Below, in pieces: positions 8,225 through 16,501 of a stretch of 40,456 nt of DNA. The DNA is taken from positions 1 to 40,456 of the IMG/VR virus record IMGVR_UViG_3300034171_000184; one strand, written 5' to 3'. Within the stretch, counting starts at the first letter, position 1. Each line of letters starts with the position of its first letter. The position numbers and the translations under genes were made by a program. Source of the stretch: a virus (Duplodnaviria > Caudoviricetes). A model generated the notes under the pieces. That model ran no database searches. It saw nothing but the letters and a program-made list of their open reading frames with translations, and had not been told where the DNA came from.

Positions 8225-8573
8225 GAAGAATGTCATTTATGCTCACCAGAAAGCAAGTACTGGATCAAACCAAAGATGTCACCCGCCGCAATGGCTGGGC
8301 TTTCTTAAAGCCCGGGGGATCTCATCCAGCCGGTTTGAAAAGTGCATGGGCTTGAAAAAAGGTGAAAAGCAGGTTTTATTGGGATGCCCTATCCGTATTA
8401 AATCAATCTCCGTACAGCGGCTTTACCAGATCACCCCATCAGATCTGGTCAGGGAAGGTTTCCCAAAAATGGAAGGATGCGATTTTATTGATATGTACTG
8501 CGCTGCAAATAAGTGTCCCCGTGATCACCGTATAAACCGTATAGAGTATGAGTATGTCAATCCCAAAAAATAA
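8221..8573 (+). pseudogene. ASCH-domain protein with two +1 homopolymer frameshifts (or sequencing errors)
   Basis: MRRMSFMLTRKQVLDQTKDVTRRNGWAFLKPG / DLIQPV / EKCMGLKKGEK...EGF. There is an extra G in the run at 8314-8318 and an extra T at 8334-8336. Confidence 0.8.
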
Positions 8574-8748
8574 AATCGCTTCACCTCCAAAGGAACTCTC
8601 AGACGAGATCCCATTTGAAAGCGTCTGCGAGCATCCCAAAGAAATGCAGTACATCCGCGTACATTCCGTATGCGTTACCTGCGAGACCACTACAATAGCC
8701 TGCCGCGCCTGCGGTACAGATTTAACCGAACCTAAAACAGAATGTTGA
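8554..8748 (+). CDS. Small Zn-ribbon protein
   Basis: CEH...CVTC...CRACG motifs. Confidence 0.65.
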   Translation: MSIPKNKIASPPKELSDEIPFESVCEHPKEMQYIRVHSVCVTCETTTIACRACGTDLTEPKTEC

Positions 8749-9152
8749 TGAAAACCGAAAACACACCAGAATTCTGGAACAGCTATCTCACAACAGATCA
8801 TCGTAAACCCGTAGTTGTAGATATCATGATCCACATTACAGAAATCTTTTATCAAAAACTGGATAACGCAAAATCGTTATCCTCTCGATTTGAAGCAGGG
8901 GCAGGTTACGGCCTTGATAGTATCACACAGTCCGCGGCAATTTCCTATGAGCGTGCAATAAAAAAAGTAAACAAGTTCTCTCCTTATAAAATAGAATACT
9001 TGATCGACAACTATCAGAAAGCGGTGGCGAAAGGTGGATTCGAATACCGTCAAATGGAGTCGGTTACTGCTTTAATAAATATATGTGCAAATATTGTGGA
9101 TGGCGCTATTCCCTTTCACGAGGAGGAATTTAATGAAACATTAGGCCTATGA
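8742..9152 (+). CDS. Hypothetical protein
   Basis: Operon-coupled ORF. Confidence 0.65.
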   Translation: MLMKTENTPEFWNSYLTTDHRKPVVVDIMIHITEIFYQKLDNAKSLSSRFEAGAGYGLDSITQSAAISYERAIKKVNKFSPYKIEYLIDNYQKAVAKGGFEYRQMESVTALINICANIVDGAIPFHEEEFNETLGL

Positions 9153-9709
9153 CAACCCACTACATCATTTTCATAAAGGATCACGACCTCAAGCTAAAGG
9201 CAAGCTACCGCGGCGGCACGTTTTTTCGCATAGAGCGAACTTCTGGTAAAATGACCGATTTGATACTGGACAAATTCGGGATTATCGTTCCCCTGAAGGA
9301 AACCGAGATCAAGACTTACCGCCAGCGCTACGAAAAGCACATCACCTATACTGCCATTGAATCCAAAAAAAGCTTCTACACCCATTTTACCGATGCCTGG
9401 TTCCGTTTCTATGAGAATTACAAAGAGATCCCGCCCAAGTTTGCTACTAAAGATGGACAGGCACTTAAAAGGATCATTGTTTACCTCAAGAAGGTTTCCG
9501 GCTCAGAAGAGGAAGCGCTGGAACTGTGGCGGGTGATCCTGGGCAGCTGGAAGTACTTGGACGAGTTCCATCAGAAAAATACAGACCTCACCTACATCGA
9601 GGGGCAAATCAACAAAATTATTTCCAATGTCAAAAGATTTAGCAAAACAGGAACAAACGGGGTTAGCGACGATTACCTCAAAAGCGTTATTGACGACCTA
9701 CGCACCTAA
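9149..9709 (+). CDS. Hypothetical protein (possibly replication-related)
   Basis: 186 aa, ATGA-coupled to the previous gene, overlaps the next gene. Confidence 0.7.
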   Translation: MTTHYIIFIKDHDLKLKASYRGGTFFRIERTSGKMTDLILDKFGIIVPLKETEIKTYRQRYEKHITYTAIESKKSFYTHFTDAWFRFYENYKEIPPKFATKDGQALKRIIVYLKKVSGSEEEALELWRVILGSWKYLDEFHQKNTDLTYIEGQINKIISNVKRFSKTGTNGVSDDYLKSVIDDLRT

Positions 9710-10262
9710 GCAGGCCATGCGCCAATACCGCACCTGCACCACAATTACCAAGGCCATGATGAGCGGCGCTCCAAAAATGGGCGCACTGGTACGCCAGCTG
9801 GGCGAACGTGCCGTGGAGGCGTATATCAAACTTTGGCTTATTGACCTCAATAACATACTGGATCTCAAAAAACCGTGGAAGGAGCACCAGATCGATGACC
9901 TCGCCTTCCGCATCTGTGATAAGTACCGCAGCCTGAACATTGCCGATATAAACCTGGTATTCGCACGGGCAAAAAATGGAGAGTGCTCCGGCATTATGGA
10001 TCGCCTGCATACCGCCACGGTCATGAAATGGTTCGGCCATTATTTTGACGAGCGCCTCACTACAGCTTCAGAACAATCCTACCAAGATCATGTACAGGCA
10101 AAGACGGCATCCTCCGGCCAGCAGCGCAGCGCAGAGCGGCGTATGGAGTTCGTACAGCGTGCCAAGGCTAATGAGGACAACAGCTCCGCGGTCAACGCCG
10201 CTAAAAAACGGATCAAACAGGCTGAAAAACAGGTAAAAAAGGATAATAAATCAACTAAATAG
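9627..10262 (+). CDS. Hypothetical protein, DUF6633/helicase-loader-like
   Basis: LNIADINLVFARAKNGE...DRLHTATVMKWF resembles the helical domain of phage loader/inhibitor proteins. Confidence 0.6.
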   Translation: MSKDLAKQEQTGLATITSKALLTTYAPKQAMRQYRTCTTITKAMMSGAPKMGALVRQLGERAVEAYIKLWLIDLNNILDLKKPWKEHQIDDLAFRICDKYRSLNIADINLVFARAKNGECSGIMDRLHTATVMKWFGHYFDERLTTASEQSYQDHVQAKTASSGQQRSAERRMEFVQRAKANEDNSSAVNAAKKRIKQAEKQVKKDNKSTK

Positions 10263-10269
10263 AATCAAA

Positions 10270-10590
10270 ATGAACGAAGCGCTAGAAGCAGTATTTGCAC
10301 TAAAAGACTGGTACGAGAAACGTACCGAAGAGTTAATCGATATCAAAAATGCTGATGGAAAGGTATTTTTCGAAAACAAGGATGGAGATCAAGTGGAAAT
10401 CAAAGAGCCACGCCCGAAGGACGTAAAAGTAGGGGTTTCAATTGCACTTGAAATTCTCGGGGAGTTTCCAGTAAAAATATCTGTAGATCCAAAGTGTCCA
10501 GAATGTTTGCAGCGCACGCCACAAGATGAACTTGATATGTTCAACGGGCTGTGTGAGGATTGTAATGATGAACAAAATAAGAACGATTAA
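10270..10590 (+). CDS. Hypothetical protein with C-terminal Zn finger
   Basis: CPEC...CEDC. Confidence 0.7.
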   Translation: MNEALEAVFALKDWYEKRTEELIDIKNADGKVFFENKDGDQVEIKEPRPKDVKVGVSIALEILGEFPVKISVDPKCPECLQRTPQDELDMFNGLCEDCNDEQNKND

Positions 10591-10600
10591 AAAAAATAAT

Positions 10601-10861
10601 ATGCCAGACAAAACCAAAACCAACCCCTTCGATATCGAGAATCAATTCGATGAATATCTAAGCATGGTAAATATCAAAAAGGAGAATATGAGCGACATAC
10701 AGCTTCAGGAGATCCGCCGCGCCTATTACGGTGCCTGTGGGCAGCTGCTGGTGCTGCTCAAGGATAGAGTGAGCGCTCTCCCAGAATTAGTGGCCATTGC
10801 AGCCATGGAGGATCTTAATTATCAAGTAGCCCAGTTCTGGACTGCGGAATCTCAATTATGA
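10601..10861 (+). CDS. Hypothetical protein
   Basis: Start at 10601 after an A-rich tract; QLQEIRRAYYGAC motif. Confidence 0.7.
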   Translation: MPDKTKTNPFDIENQFDEYLSMVNIKKENMSDIQLQEIRRAYYGACGQLLVLLKDRVSALPELVAIAAMEDLNYQVAQFWTAESQL

Positions 10862-11043
10862 GATTTCCAACAATGCTAGAGGTCGAAGCCGCGGATAGAT
10901 ATCAGCTCTGTAAATGGCACCGTTTCCTGCCCTCGGGCGAAAATGAGGAGCAGTACAAAATAAAGGACAGACTTTTTGAACGCTGGCAAGAAATGGGCGG
11001 TTTCACCCCCGAAATATCAAAATCAATAGGATGGAAAAGATGA
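10858..11043 (+). CDS. Hypothetical protein
   Basis: 61 aa, GGFTPEISKSIGW; ATGA-coupled. Confidence 0.7.
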   Translation: MRFPTMLEVEAADRYQLCKWHRFLPSGENEEQYKIKDRLFERWQEMGGFTPEISKSIGWKR

Positions 11044-11165
11044 ATAACCCGCCAGACCCTAAACATTTTCGCCACGGCTTTTTATGTGGCGTGATCGTAT
11101 GCTGCTTGATGGCATTGGCCAGTTGGCTCATGCTGATCGTTAAAGTCCATTTAAACACACTTTAA
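11040..11165 (+). CDS. 41-aa single-TM peptide (not in ORF track)
   Basis: MNNPPDPKHFRHGFLCGVIVCCLMALASWLMLIVKVHLNTL; ATGA-coupled. Confidence 0.55.
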   Translation: MNNPPDPKHFRHGFLCGVIVCCLMALASWLMLIVKVHLNTL

Positions 11166-11177
11166 ATCCAGTTTAAA

Positions 11178-11957
11178 ATGCCAAAAACACTTAAGACATC
11201 TAAGAATATCCAGTTCGTAAAAGACAATTACCTGATCATGACCGGTAAAGAACTGGGGGCTAAACTTGGCGTAAGCCGATCGGTGATTTACTCCATTCTG
11301 AAAGAACACGGGCTTAAGATTACCCGAGAAATGGCGATATACCGGCGATCTGAGGGCAGGAAAAAGCCCATTACAAAAGAGGAGATCCAGTACATACATG
11401 AGCACATCAAGACTGATTCGATAAAGACAATGGCAGCCGAGCTACGCAGATTTTCCGGCCTTATAAGCGCCACCGCCCATGAACTTGGATATTCACAGCT
11501 CATTGAGCAGCGTGCAATGGACTCCCGCCTACAAAAAGGCCATATCCCACCAAATAAAGGCAAGAAAATAACCGAGTTCATGACCCCAGAGCAGATTGAG
11601 CGCACCAAGGTCAACCGCTTTAAGAAGGGGCACAAACCAGCTAATACACTTGCCCCTGGAGAGGTGGTCATCGTTCATGACCATCCCGAGCGGCCGGGGT
11701 CGCATCCATATAAAAGGGTGGGTATGCCAGACGGAAAGTCTAAGTTCCTCCACCGGCAGATCTGGAAAAAGGAACACGGTGAGATACCCAAAGGCATGAA
11801 CATCGTGTTCAAAGACGGGGACAGCCTTAACTGCGAACTTTCAAACCTTGAGATGATCAGCAATGCGGAGAACATGAAGCGCAACACCATTCACAACTAT
11901 CCACCAGAATTCAAGACCACATTAAAATTAATAAGTAAAATCAAAGATCATGAGTAA
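11178..11957 (+). CDS. HNH endonuclease (HNH_3 type) with N-terminal HTH/NUMOD-like repeats
   Basis: LHRQIWKKEHGEIPKGMNIVFKDGDSLNCELSNLEMISNAENMKRN; FKKGHKPAN motif. Confidence 0.88.
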   Translation: MPKTLKTSKNIQFVKDNYLIMTGKELGAKLGVSRSVIYSILKEHGLKITREMAIYRRSEGRKKPITKEEIQYIHEHIKTDSIKTMAAELRRFSGLISATAHELGYSQLIEQRAMDSRLQKGHIPPNKGKKITEFMTPEQIERTKVNRFKKGHKPANTLAPGEVVIVHDHPERPGSHPYKRVGMPDGKSKFLHRQIWKKEHGEIPKGMNIVFKDGDSLNCELSNLEMISNAENMKRNTIHNYPPEFKTTLKLISKIKDHE

Positions 11958-12291
11958 CATTTTAGACCTTAACGAGAAACTTTTTCAAGTATTTGATAAA
12001 CTAGAAAAGGGGGAATTAGACCCAAAACAAGCACAATCGCTGGTAAATGTGAGCAATGCCATTTCCAGCAACGCAAAATTAATGCTGCAAGCGGCCAAGA
12101 TCTCAAAGAACCCGAACATCAGCAACCTCATGCTGGGAGAGGAAATGGCCAAGAAAATAGAGCCAAAGGACACTTATACCCAGAAGCTGGAATTTTCTCA
12201 GGAAAACGGCTTTCACGACATAGCAGCGGCCATCACAAAATTGGGCAAAAAGGAATTTGAACAACAGTTTAAAGATGAGTATGAAAACTAA
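11950..12291 (+). CDS. Hypothetical protein (usual HNH partner)
   Basis: LNEKLFQVFDKL...AQSLVNVSNAI. Confidence 0.7.
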   Translation: MSNILDLNEKLFQVFDKLEKGELDPKQAQSLVNVSNAISSNAKLMLQAAKISKNPNISNLMLGEEMAKKIEPKDTYTQKLEFSQENGFHDIAAAITKLGKKEFEQQFKDEYEN

Positions 12292-12715
12292 AAATAACAC
12301 ACAGGAAGCTCAAGTTCCCCCTTTGGGGGCTAGGGGGAAAATAGTCTACATCGCACACCCCATAGGCGGGGACGTCACGGCCAACTTAGAGAAGATCATC
12401 GCCGTCGTTCGCAAAATCAACCTAAAACAGCCCAATATTGTGCCGTTTGTGCCATATTTCGCCGATTGCGAGGCATTGAGCGACAGCGTGCCAGAAGAGC
12501 GCGAACGCGGCCTTAAAAACGGTCTGACCATAATAAACAGTGGCATCGTAAAGGAGCTGTGGCTCTATGGCAACACAATAAGCCAGGGCATGTGGGGCGA
12601 GATCCGCCAGGCGCACGTGCTGGGCATCAGGATCGTGCCGCAGACCGATGCCACCCTGTACCACCTCAAGAAGCACCTGAACGCTACTGGTGTTGATTAT
12701 ACCACCGCCCTATGA
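12281..12715 (+). CDS. Nucleoside 2-deoxyribosyltransferase-like / DUF4406-like protein
   Basis: IVYIAHPIGG...ELWLYGNTISQGMWGEI. Confidence 0.8.
   Translation: MKTKNNTQEAQVPPLGARGKIVYIAHPIGGDVTANLEKIIAVVRKINLKQPNIVPFVPYFADCEALSDSVPEERERGLKNGLTIINSGIVKELWLYGNTISQGMWGEIRQAHVLGIRIVPQTDATLYHLKKHLNATGVDYTTAL
12314..12337. repeat. REP-like palindrome inside a CDS
   Basis: GTTCCCCCTTTGGGGGCTAGGGGG, encoding VPPLGARG in frame. Confidence 0.65.
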
Positions 12716-12960
12716 ATCTGTTCACTAGGAAAAAGACCAGAAAAGAACAGACCGCCGCGCTCAGGTTGCAGGGCATCAAGATCCATACAGAATTACTGGC
12801 ACTGGATCTCGACGAGCAGCAAATGACTGACTTCTGGGAGGATTGCCATATACACGGGGAGATCAACCATGTACTGCCAGCGTGCAGTTGCGGCGATGTA
12901 AACCAGTGCGAGACGTGGTGTCGACCTAAGGCAAGGTTTCAACTGGATCCACCTGATTGA
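12712..12960 (+). CDS. Hypothetical Cys-rich protein
   Basis: CSCGDVNQCETWC; ATGA-coupled. Confidence 0.65.
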   Translation: MNLFTRKKTRKEQTAALRLQGIKIHTELLALDLDEQQMTDFWEDCHIHGEINHVLPACSCGDVNQCETWCRPKARFQLDPPD

Positions 12961-12962
12961 TT

Positions 12963-13385
12963 ATGGAAATAGAAAAAATAATTTACGAAACGACAAGAGA
13001 AATTTACAATCTTGAAGACAAATTGAGGATTGCGACTATATTTCTATTTTGTGAAAAATTAGGAAGTTCAAAACTTTCTGAACTTTTATATACTGAAAAT
13101 CATGGAATTTTTATTTCGGAAATCTCAAAAGAATATGAAAATTATGCTGTTGATTTTTCAATTAATTTCAGTAATTCGAATGTTAAAAGTGCTTTTCTTC
13201 AAACACTTGAAAAAGTCAAAAAAGAGTGCGACGGAAACGGTTATTTAAAAGCATTATTCAATAAGGACGAATATGCTTTAGTTATTGAGGAAATTGTAAA
13301 TTATAATTTTGATGAAATCGAATTTAAAAAATTTACAACTAATTTAGTTGAGCAACTTTCTTTTGATTTTGAAAACGAAAAGTAG
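12963..13385 (+). CDS. AT-rich hypothetical protein (cassette-like)
   Basis: Abrupt drop in GC content; the stop codon is followed 8 nt later by an attC-like arm. Confidence 0.75.
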   Translation: MEIEKIIYETTREIYNLEDKLRIATIFLFCEKLGSSKLSELLYTENHGIFISEISKEYENYAVDFSINFSNSNVKSAFLQTLEKVKKECDGNGYLKALFNKDEYALVIEEIVNYNFDEIEFKKFTTNLVEQLSFDFENEK

Positions 13386-13393
13386 CTATGCTT

Positions 13394-13691
13394 GCTAACG
13401 AATAGGTATATGATTAGTGCGACTTAAAAAACTAAACATTATGAATAACACGAACTTCTATTGCCAAAATAAATGTACACCCGAAGATTTTTCTATTGAC
13501 GAATGGAACAAAGCATTTGATTATTGTATTGAAAATAATATCCCCGAAGAACAGATGGGTGAAATTTTAGAGGGAAAAGACTGTAAAGAACAATGCTTTG
13601 ATTGTATGGCTGTAATTGGCAATAGAAGGATTAAAACCCAAGCTATAATAGATAAGCTAGAACTAAAGCATTAATTATATAGCGTGTTAGC
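13394..13691. repeat. attC-like long inverted repeat enclosing an ORF
   Basis: GCTAAC-N7-TATATGATTAGTGC (13394-13420) ... GCATTAATTATATA-N4-GTTAGC (13668-13691). Confidence 0.7.
13441..13674 (+). CDS. 77-aa Cys-rich hypothetical protein inside the inverted repeat
   Basis: ATG at 13441 with an A-rich leader; FYCQNKC...CKEQCFDC. Confidence 0.7.
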   Translation: MNNTNFYCQNKCTPEDFSIDEWNKAFDYCIENNIPEEQMGEILEGKDCKEQCFDCMAVIGNRRIKTQAIIDKLELKH

Positions 13692-13730
13692 GCATCGTTT
13701 TAATGCCGTTTATCCCTTCGTTATCGATTT

Positions 13731-14180
13731 TTATTCAAATAGTTTGAACTCTTCTTCTATCCTTGAACCATCCTGAAAAATCTGAATGATGATTAATTTT
13801 TCTGAGGTTTCCTCATAAGATATCTTTTCATCGTATTTTGTATCCCGCCACCTTCCGTCCTTATTCCCCCACATTATATTCTTGCCATCGATCATGAATT
13901 TATATTCATATATTTTTTCATCAGATGGTTTTTGATAATATGCGAAGTAAAGCCCGTCTGATCCATCAACGGTTATTGTTTCAGGTTCTCGGTTCATAAT
14001 TGAGGCAATTGCAGATTTTACAATAAGACGCGGCTCAACAGTGGGCTCTTCGATCCTGTTCACGACAACCTCCTGTATTTTGGGTTGGCTTTTAACATCC
14101 TTCTTTTCGTTACTTTTTTGAGCGCAGCCAATGATTAAAGTTGCTAAGACAACAAGTTTTAATATTCTATCAATTTTCAT
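13731..14180 (-). CDS. Lipoprotein moron (possible superinfection-exclusion or host-surface factor)
   Basis: Signal peptide II LIIGC; runs opposite to the early operon; low GC. Confidence 0.8.
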   Translation of the reverse strand: MKIDRILKLVVLATLIIGCAQKSNEKKDVKSQPKIQEVVVNRIEEPTVEPRLIVKSAIASIMNREPETITVDGSDGLYFAYYQKPSDEKIYEYKFMIDGKNIMWGNKDGRWRDTKYDEKISYEETSEKLIIIQIFQDGSRIEEEFKLFE

Positions 14181-14249
14181 TGTTTGGATTAAATCACTGT
14201 TAAAAAAAAGCTAAGATAACTATTTTTAAACAATTGAAAATTCAACCAA

Positions 14250-14315
14250 TATCGATAAAATTAGCATTTTATCGATAAAACACAAAACCACAACCCGCTA
14301 TTTTACGTATATTTG
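14250..14315. promoter_or_regulatory. Operator-like repeats and Bacteroidetes -7 promoter box
   Basis: TATCGATAAAA twice with a 20-bp period (second copy within the palindrome TTTTATCGATAAAA); TATATTTG at 14308-14315. Confidence 0.6.
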
Positions 14316-14437
14316 CAAAATTGAGTGAGGTTAATGATGCGCATGGAAATAGCTTAGGCCTACCAGGTGTATCTAGCCTATTTTGCCGGCATTTTATGTG
14401 CGTGTCCATTTTATTAATTATATAAAATAAGAACCGC

Positions 14438-14656
14438 ATGAGTGTTGAATTACAGAATGGTCGATTAGTGACAAAGGGTGATGATGATGGCACGGCCATA
14501 GATGATGTCATCAATTGCCGGATGGCATTGTACGGGCTTATCCAGAAACAGACCCCAGATCAGATCGACCACGATGAGCTTTATTACGCAATCAGATTAT
14601 TGAGAACGTCTGAGCCCACCCGTAAACAATGGGTAGAGGCACTACAAACCGTTTAA
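14438..14656 (+). CDS. Hypothetical protein with its own promoter, structured leader and terminator
   Basis: 72-aa ORF bracketed by a promoter box and a hairpin. Confidence 0.7.
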   Translation: MSVELQNGRLVTKGDDDGTAIDDVINCRMALYGLIQKQTPDQIDHDELYYAIRLLRTSEPTRKQWVEALQTV

Positions 14657-14660
14657 AGTG

Positions 14661-14685
14661 AATGGCCACCTATTAGGTGGCCATT
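14661..14685. terminator. Perfect hairpin / likely terminator
   Basis: AATGGCCACCTA T TAGGTGGCCATT. Confidence 0.7.
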
Positions 14686-14755
14686 GTCGTTTAAAACTGT
14701 TAATGTTTTCATATCTTAAAAAGTGGTGCTATATTTGCTCAACCTCAAACACAAA

Positions 14756-14941
14756 ATGGCTAGTAACGAGAAACTTAAACTTCGTAATAACCGCATCCGT
14801 GATCGGTTCAGGACACTGACCAATAAAAAGAGACTTGCCGTTGATTATGCACTGGAGTTGTTATCAGATGAATTCTTACCTTTAGAACAAAATACAATCT
14901 GGCTTATCGTAAGCCGTACCGGTTATTATAAAAACCTTTGA
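14756..14941 (+). CDS. Mor/C-like transcriptional activator (DNA-binding domain only)
   Basis: RNNRIRDRF...LSDEFLPLEQNTIWLIV resembles the Mor C-terminal HTH; promoter box TATATTTG at 14730-14737. Confidence 0.6.
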   Translation: MASNEKLKLRNNRIRDRFRTLTNKKRLAVDYALELLSDEFLPLEQNTIWLIVSRTGYYKNL

Positions 14942-15459
14942 TGATGAAAAAATTATTCTTTTTAACACTTTTTCTTCCACTAATGATACAAGCACAGACT
15001 TCTTTTGGTCAAAATGATATAGATGCCGCCATGGGCAATAGGAATGAAACTCTATTAGCCAATGTAGAACCAGCTTTTCCTTTAGGTATGATCCAAGGGT
15101 TTCTACAATCAGATTTACGTATGGCTGGTGGAGAATTTAAAGAGAATGAAGACACCTTCTCGCAGACTTACACACCAAAACTAAGGCAGGGCGAGGAAAA
15201 ACCTGTTTACCTTACCTACACCATGACTACAACGCCCGTAATAGGTTATCAGAACGGTATTGTTGACAAAGTGCTTATTACCGGTGATTGGAATTATGTC
15301 GTAAAATTCTTTACTCATTTCTGGTCGCGGAAGGTCAGTCTAGACGATGTAAAGGAGGGAGAGTTTGCCACCACACGGTTTTTAACCGATGTGGCCACTA
15401 TAAGTTACCTGGGCGATGACCAGGGGAAAATTGAAGTAATTACGGCTTCAAATCGCTAA
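14938..15459 (+). CDS. Secreted hypothetical protein (moron)
   Basis: Signal peptide MKKLFFLTLFLPLMIQA-Q, with the +1 Gln typical of Bacteroidetes exported proteins. Confidence 0.8.
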   Translation: MMMKKLFFLTLFLPLMIQAQTSFGQNDIDAAMGNRNETLLANVEPAFPLGMIQGFLQSDLRMAGGEFKENEDTFSQTYTPKLRQGEEKPVYLTYTMTTTPVIGYQNGIVDKVLITGDWNYVVKFFTHFWSRKVSLDDVKEGEFATTRFLTDVATISYLGDDQGKIEVITASNR

Positions 15460-15995
15460 ACAATAAAATCATCACTCACATAAACCTGCTTCCCCAGCAG
15501 GTTTTTTTTATGCCTAATATCGAGATCAGGATCCGTTAAGACAAAATTCTTCTTTTGATCTGCGCTATCATCGGCAAGGCTACATTCATACTCCAGTACC
15601 GTTACGATCACGTTCTTATGATCGGTGTCATCTTCATCGGCTATCTTATTCAGACTTGTAAAATAAGTACCGCTCAATCCCTCCAGTGCCTGGTGCACCA
15701 TTTCATTAAATTCAAAGAACGCTAAGGCCTGCTCCTGGTTGATTGATCCCGTATAGCTATCGGCATAGTTTTCAATGGCCGTACGGAAGCGGATCACGCC
15801 CTTACCTACTTTTGTCCTGGTACCGGTACTGGTATATTCAAACCTCCCAAAACTCATAAATACCGCAGGCCGTGGAAATACAAAGTTGCTGATGTCCTCC
15901 AGTTGGCCTTTGTCCTTATCCACAAATTCAAGCCCTTCCACATTTGCCATCAGGTATGTGCTGATCTCTAAAAATGTATGTCCCTTTGCGCTCAT
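15456..15995 (-). CDS. Tail terminator / Mu gp37-like protein
   Basis: VDKDKGQLE...RPAVFMSF...VHQALEG; follows the gpG-like gene. Confidence 0.7.
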   Translation of the reverse strand: MSAKGHTFLEISTYLMANVEGLEFVDKDKGQLEDISNFVFPRPAVFMSFGRFEYTSTGTRTKVGKGVIRFRTAIENYADSYTGSINQEQALAFFEFNEMVHQALEGLSGTYFTSLNKIADEDDTDHKNVIVTVLEYECSLADDSADQKKNFVLTDPDLDIRHKKNLLGKQVYVSDDFIV

Positions 15996-16501
15996 CCTAA
16001 TGCTTTTTTAAGTTCTTTGATTATCATACGCTCCACCGTGATCTCAAGTACTTTGGAGTCACCTATAAATTGCCGTTGCGGGATATCCAAATGCGTTTTT
16101 TTGGTAAGGGCCATATTTCGCCAAAAGTCATTTTTGGTCTCATACCATTTCGCCCAGAAAAAGCGGCGCATCTTTGGCGTGATCGGGAGCTTGCCACCGG
16201 TGTTATGAATTTCGGCATAGGCTTTATGGCCGCCAATACCCACGACCACCCTACGCTGGCTTACTTTTAGCTTCTTTATATCCCGCCGCGTTTTCCCGCT
16301 CTGGACCATGGTGGTGCCCTTTTTGCCCGGGTACTTTGATTTCTTCCATTTTCTGAAGGGGCGGTCCACAAACCCGCCAACCTTAAAGTTCCGCTTAAAG
16401 AAGTTCACCGCGGTAATGGCTACCTTATTGGGAAGCCTACGGCGAAAGCCCTTGTATTGGCTTTGCAGGATGTTGAACTTTTTCGCGTTATGGTTAGGCA
16501 T
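15992..16501 (-). CDS. Virion morphogenesis protein (Mu gpG / tail completion)
   Basis: YAEIHNTGG, ITPKMRRFFWA and IPQRQFIG motifs. Confidence 0.88.
   Translation of the reverse strand: MPNHNAKKFNILQSQYKGFRRRLPNKVAITAVNFFKRNFKVGGFVDRPFRKWKKSKYPGKKGTTMVQSGKTRRDIKKLKVSQRRVVVGIGGHKAYAEIHNTGGKLPITPKMRRFFWAKWYETKNDFWRNMALTKKTHLDIPQRQFIGDSKVLEITVERMIIKELKKALG

Noticed and set aside
12957-14180. Complete integron
   Set aside because: No intI or attI, and only one attC-like element; reported as a finding instead.
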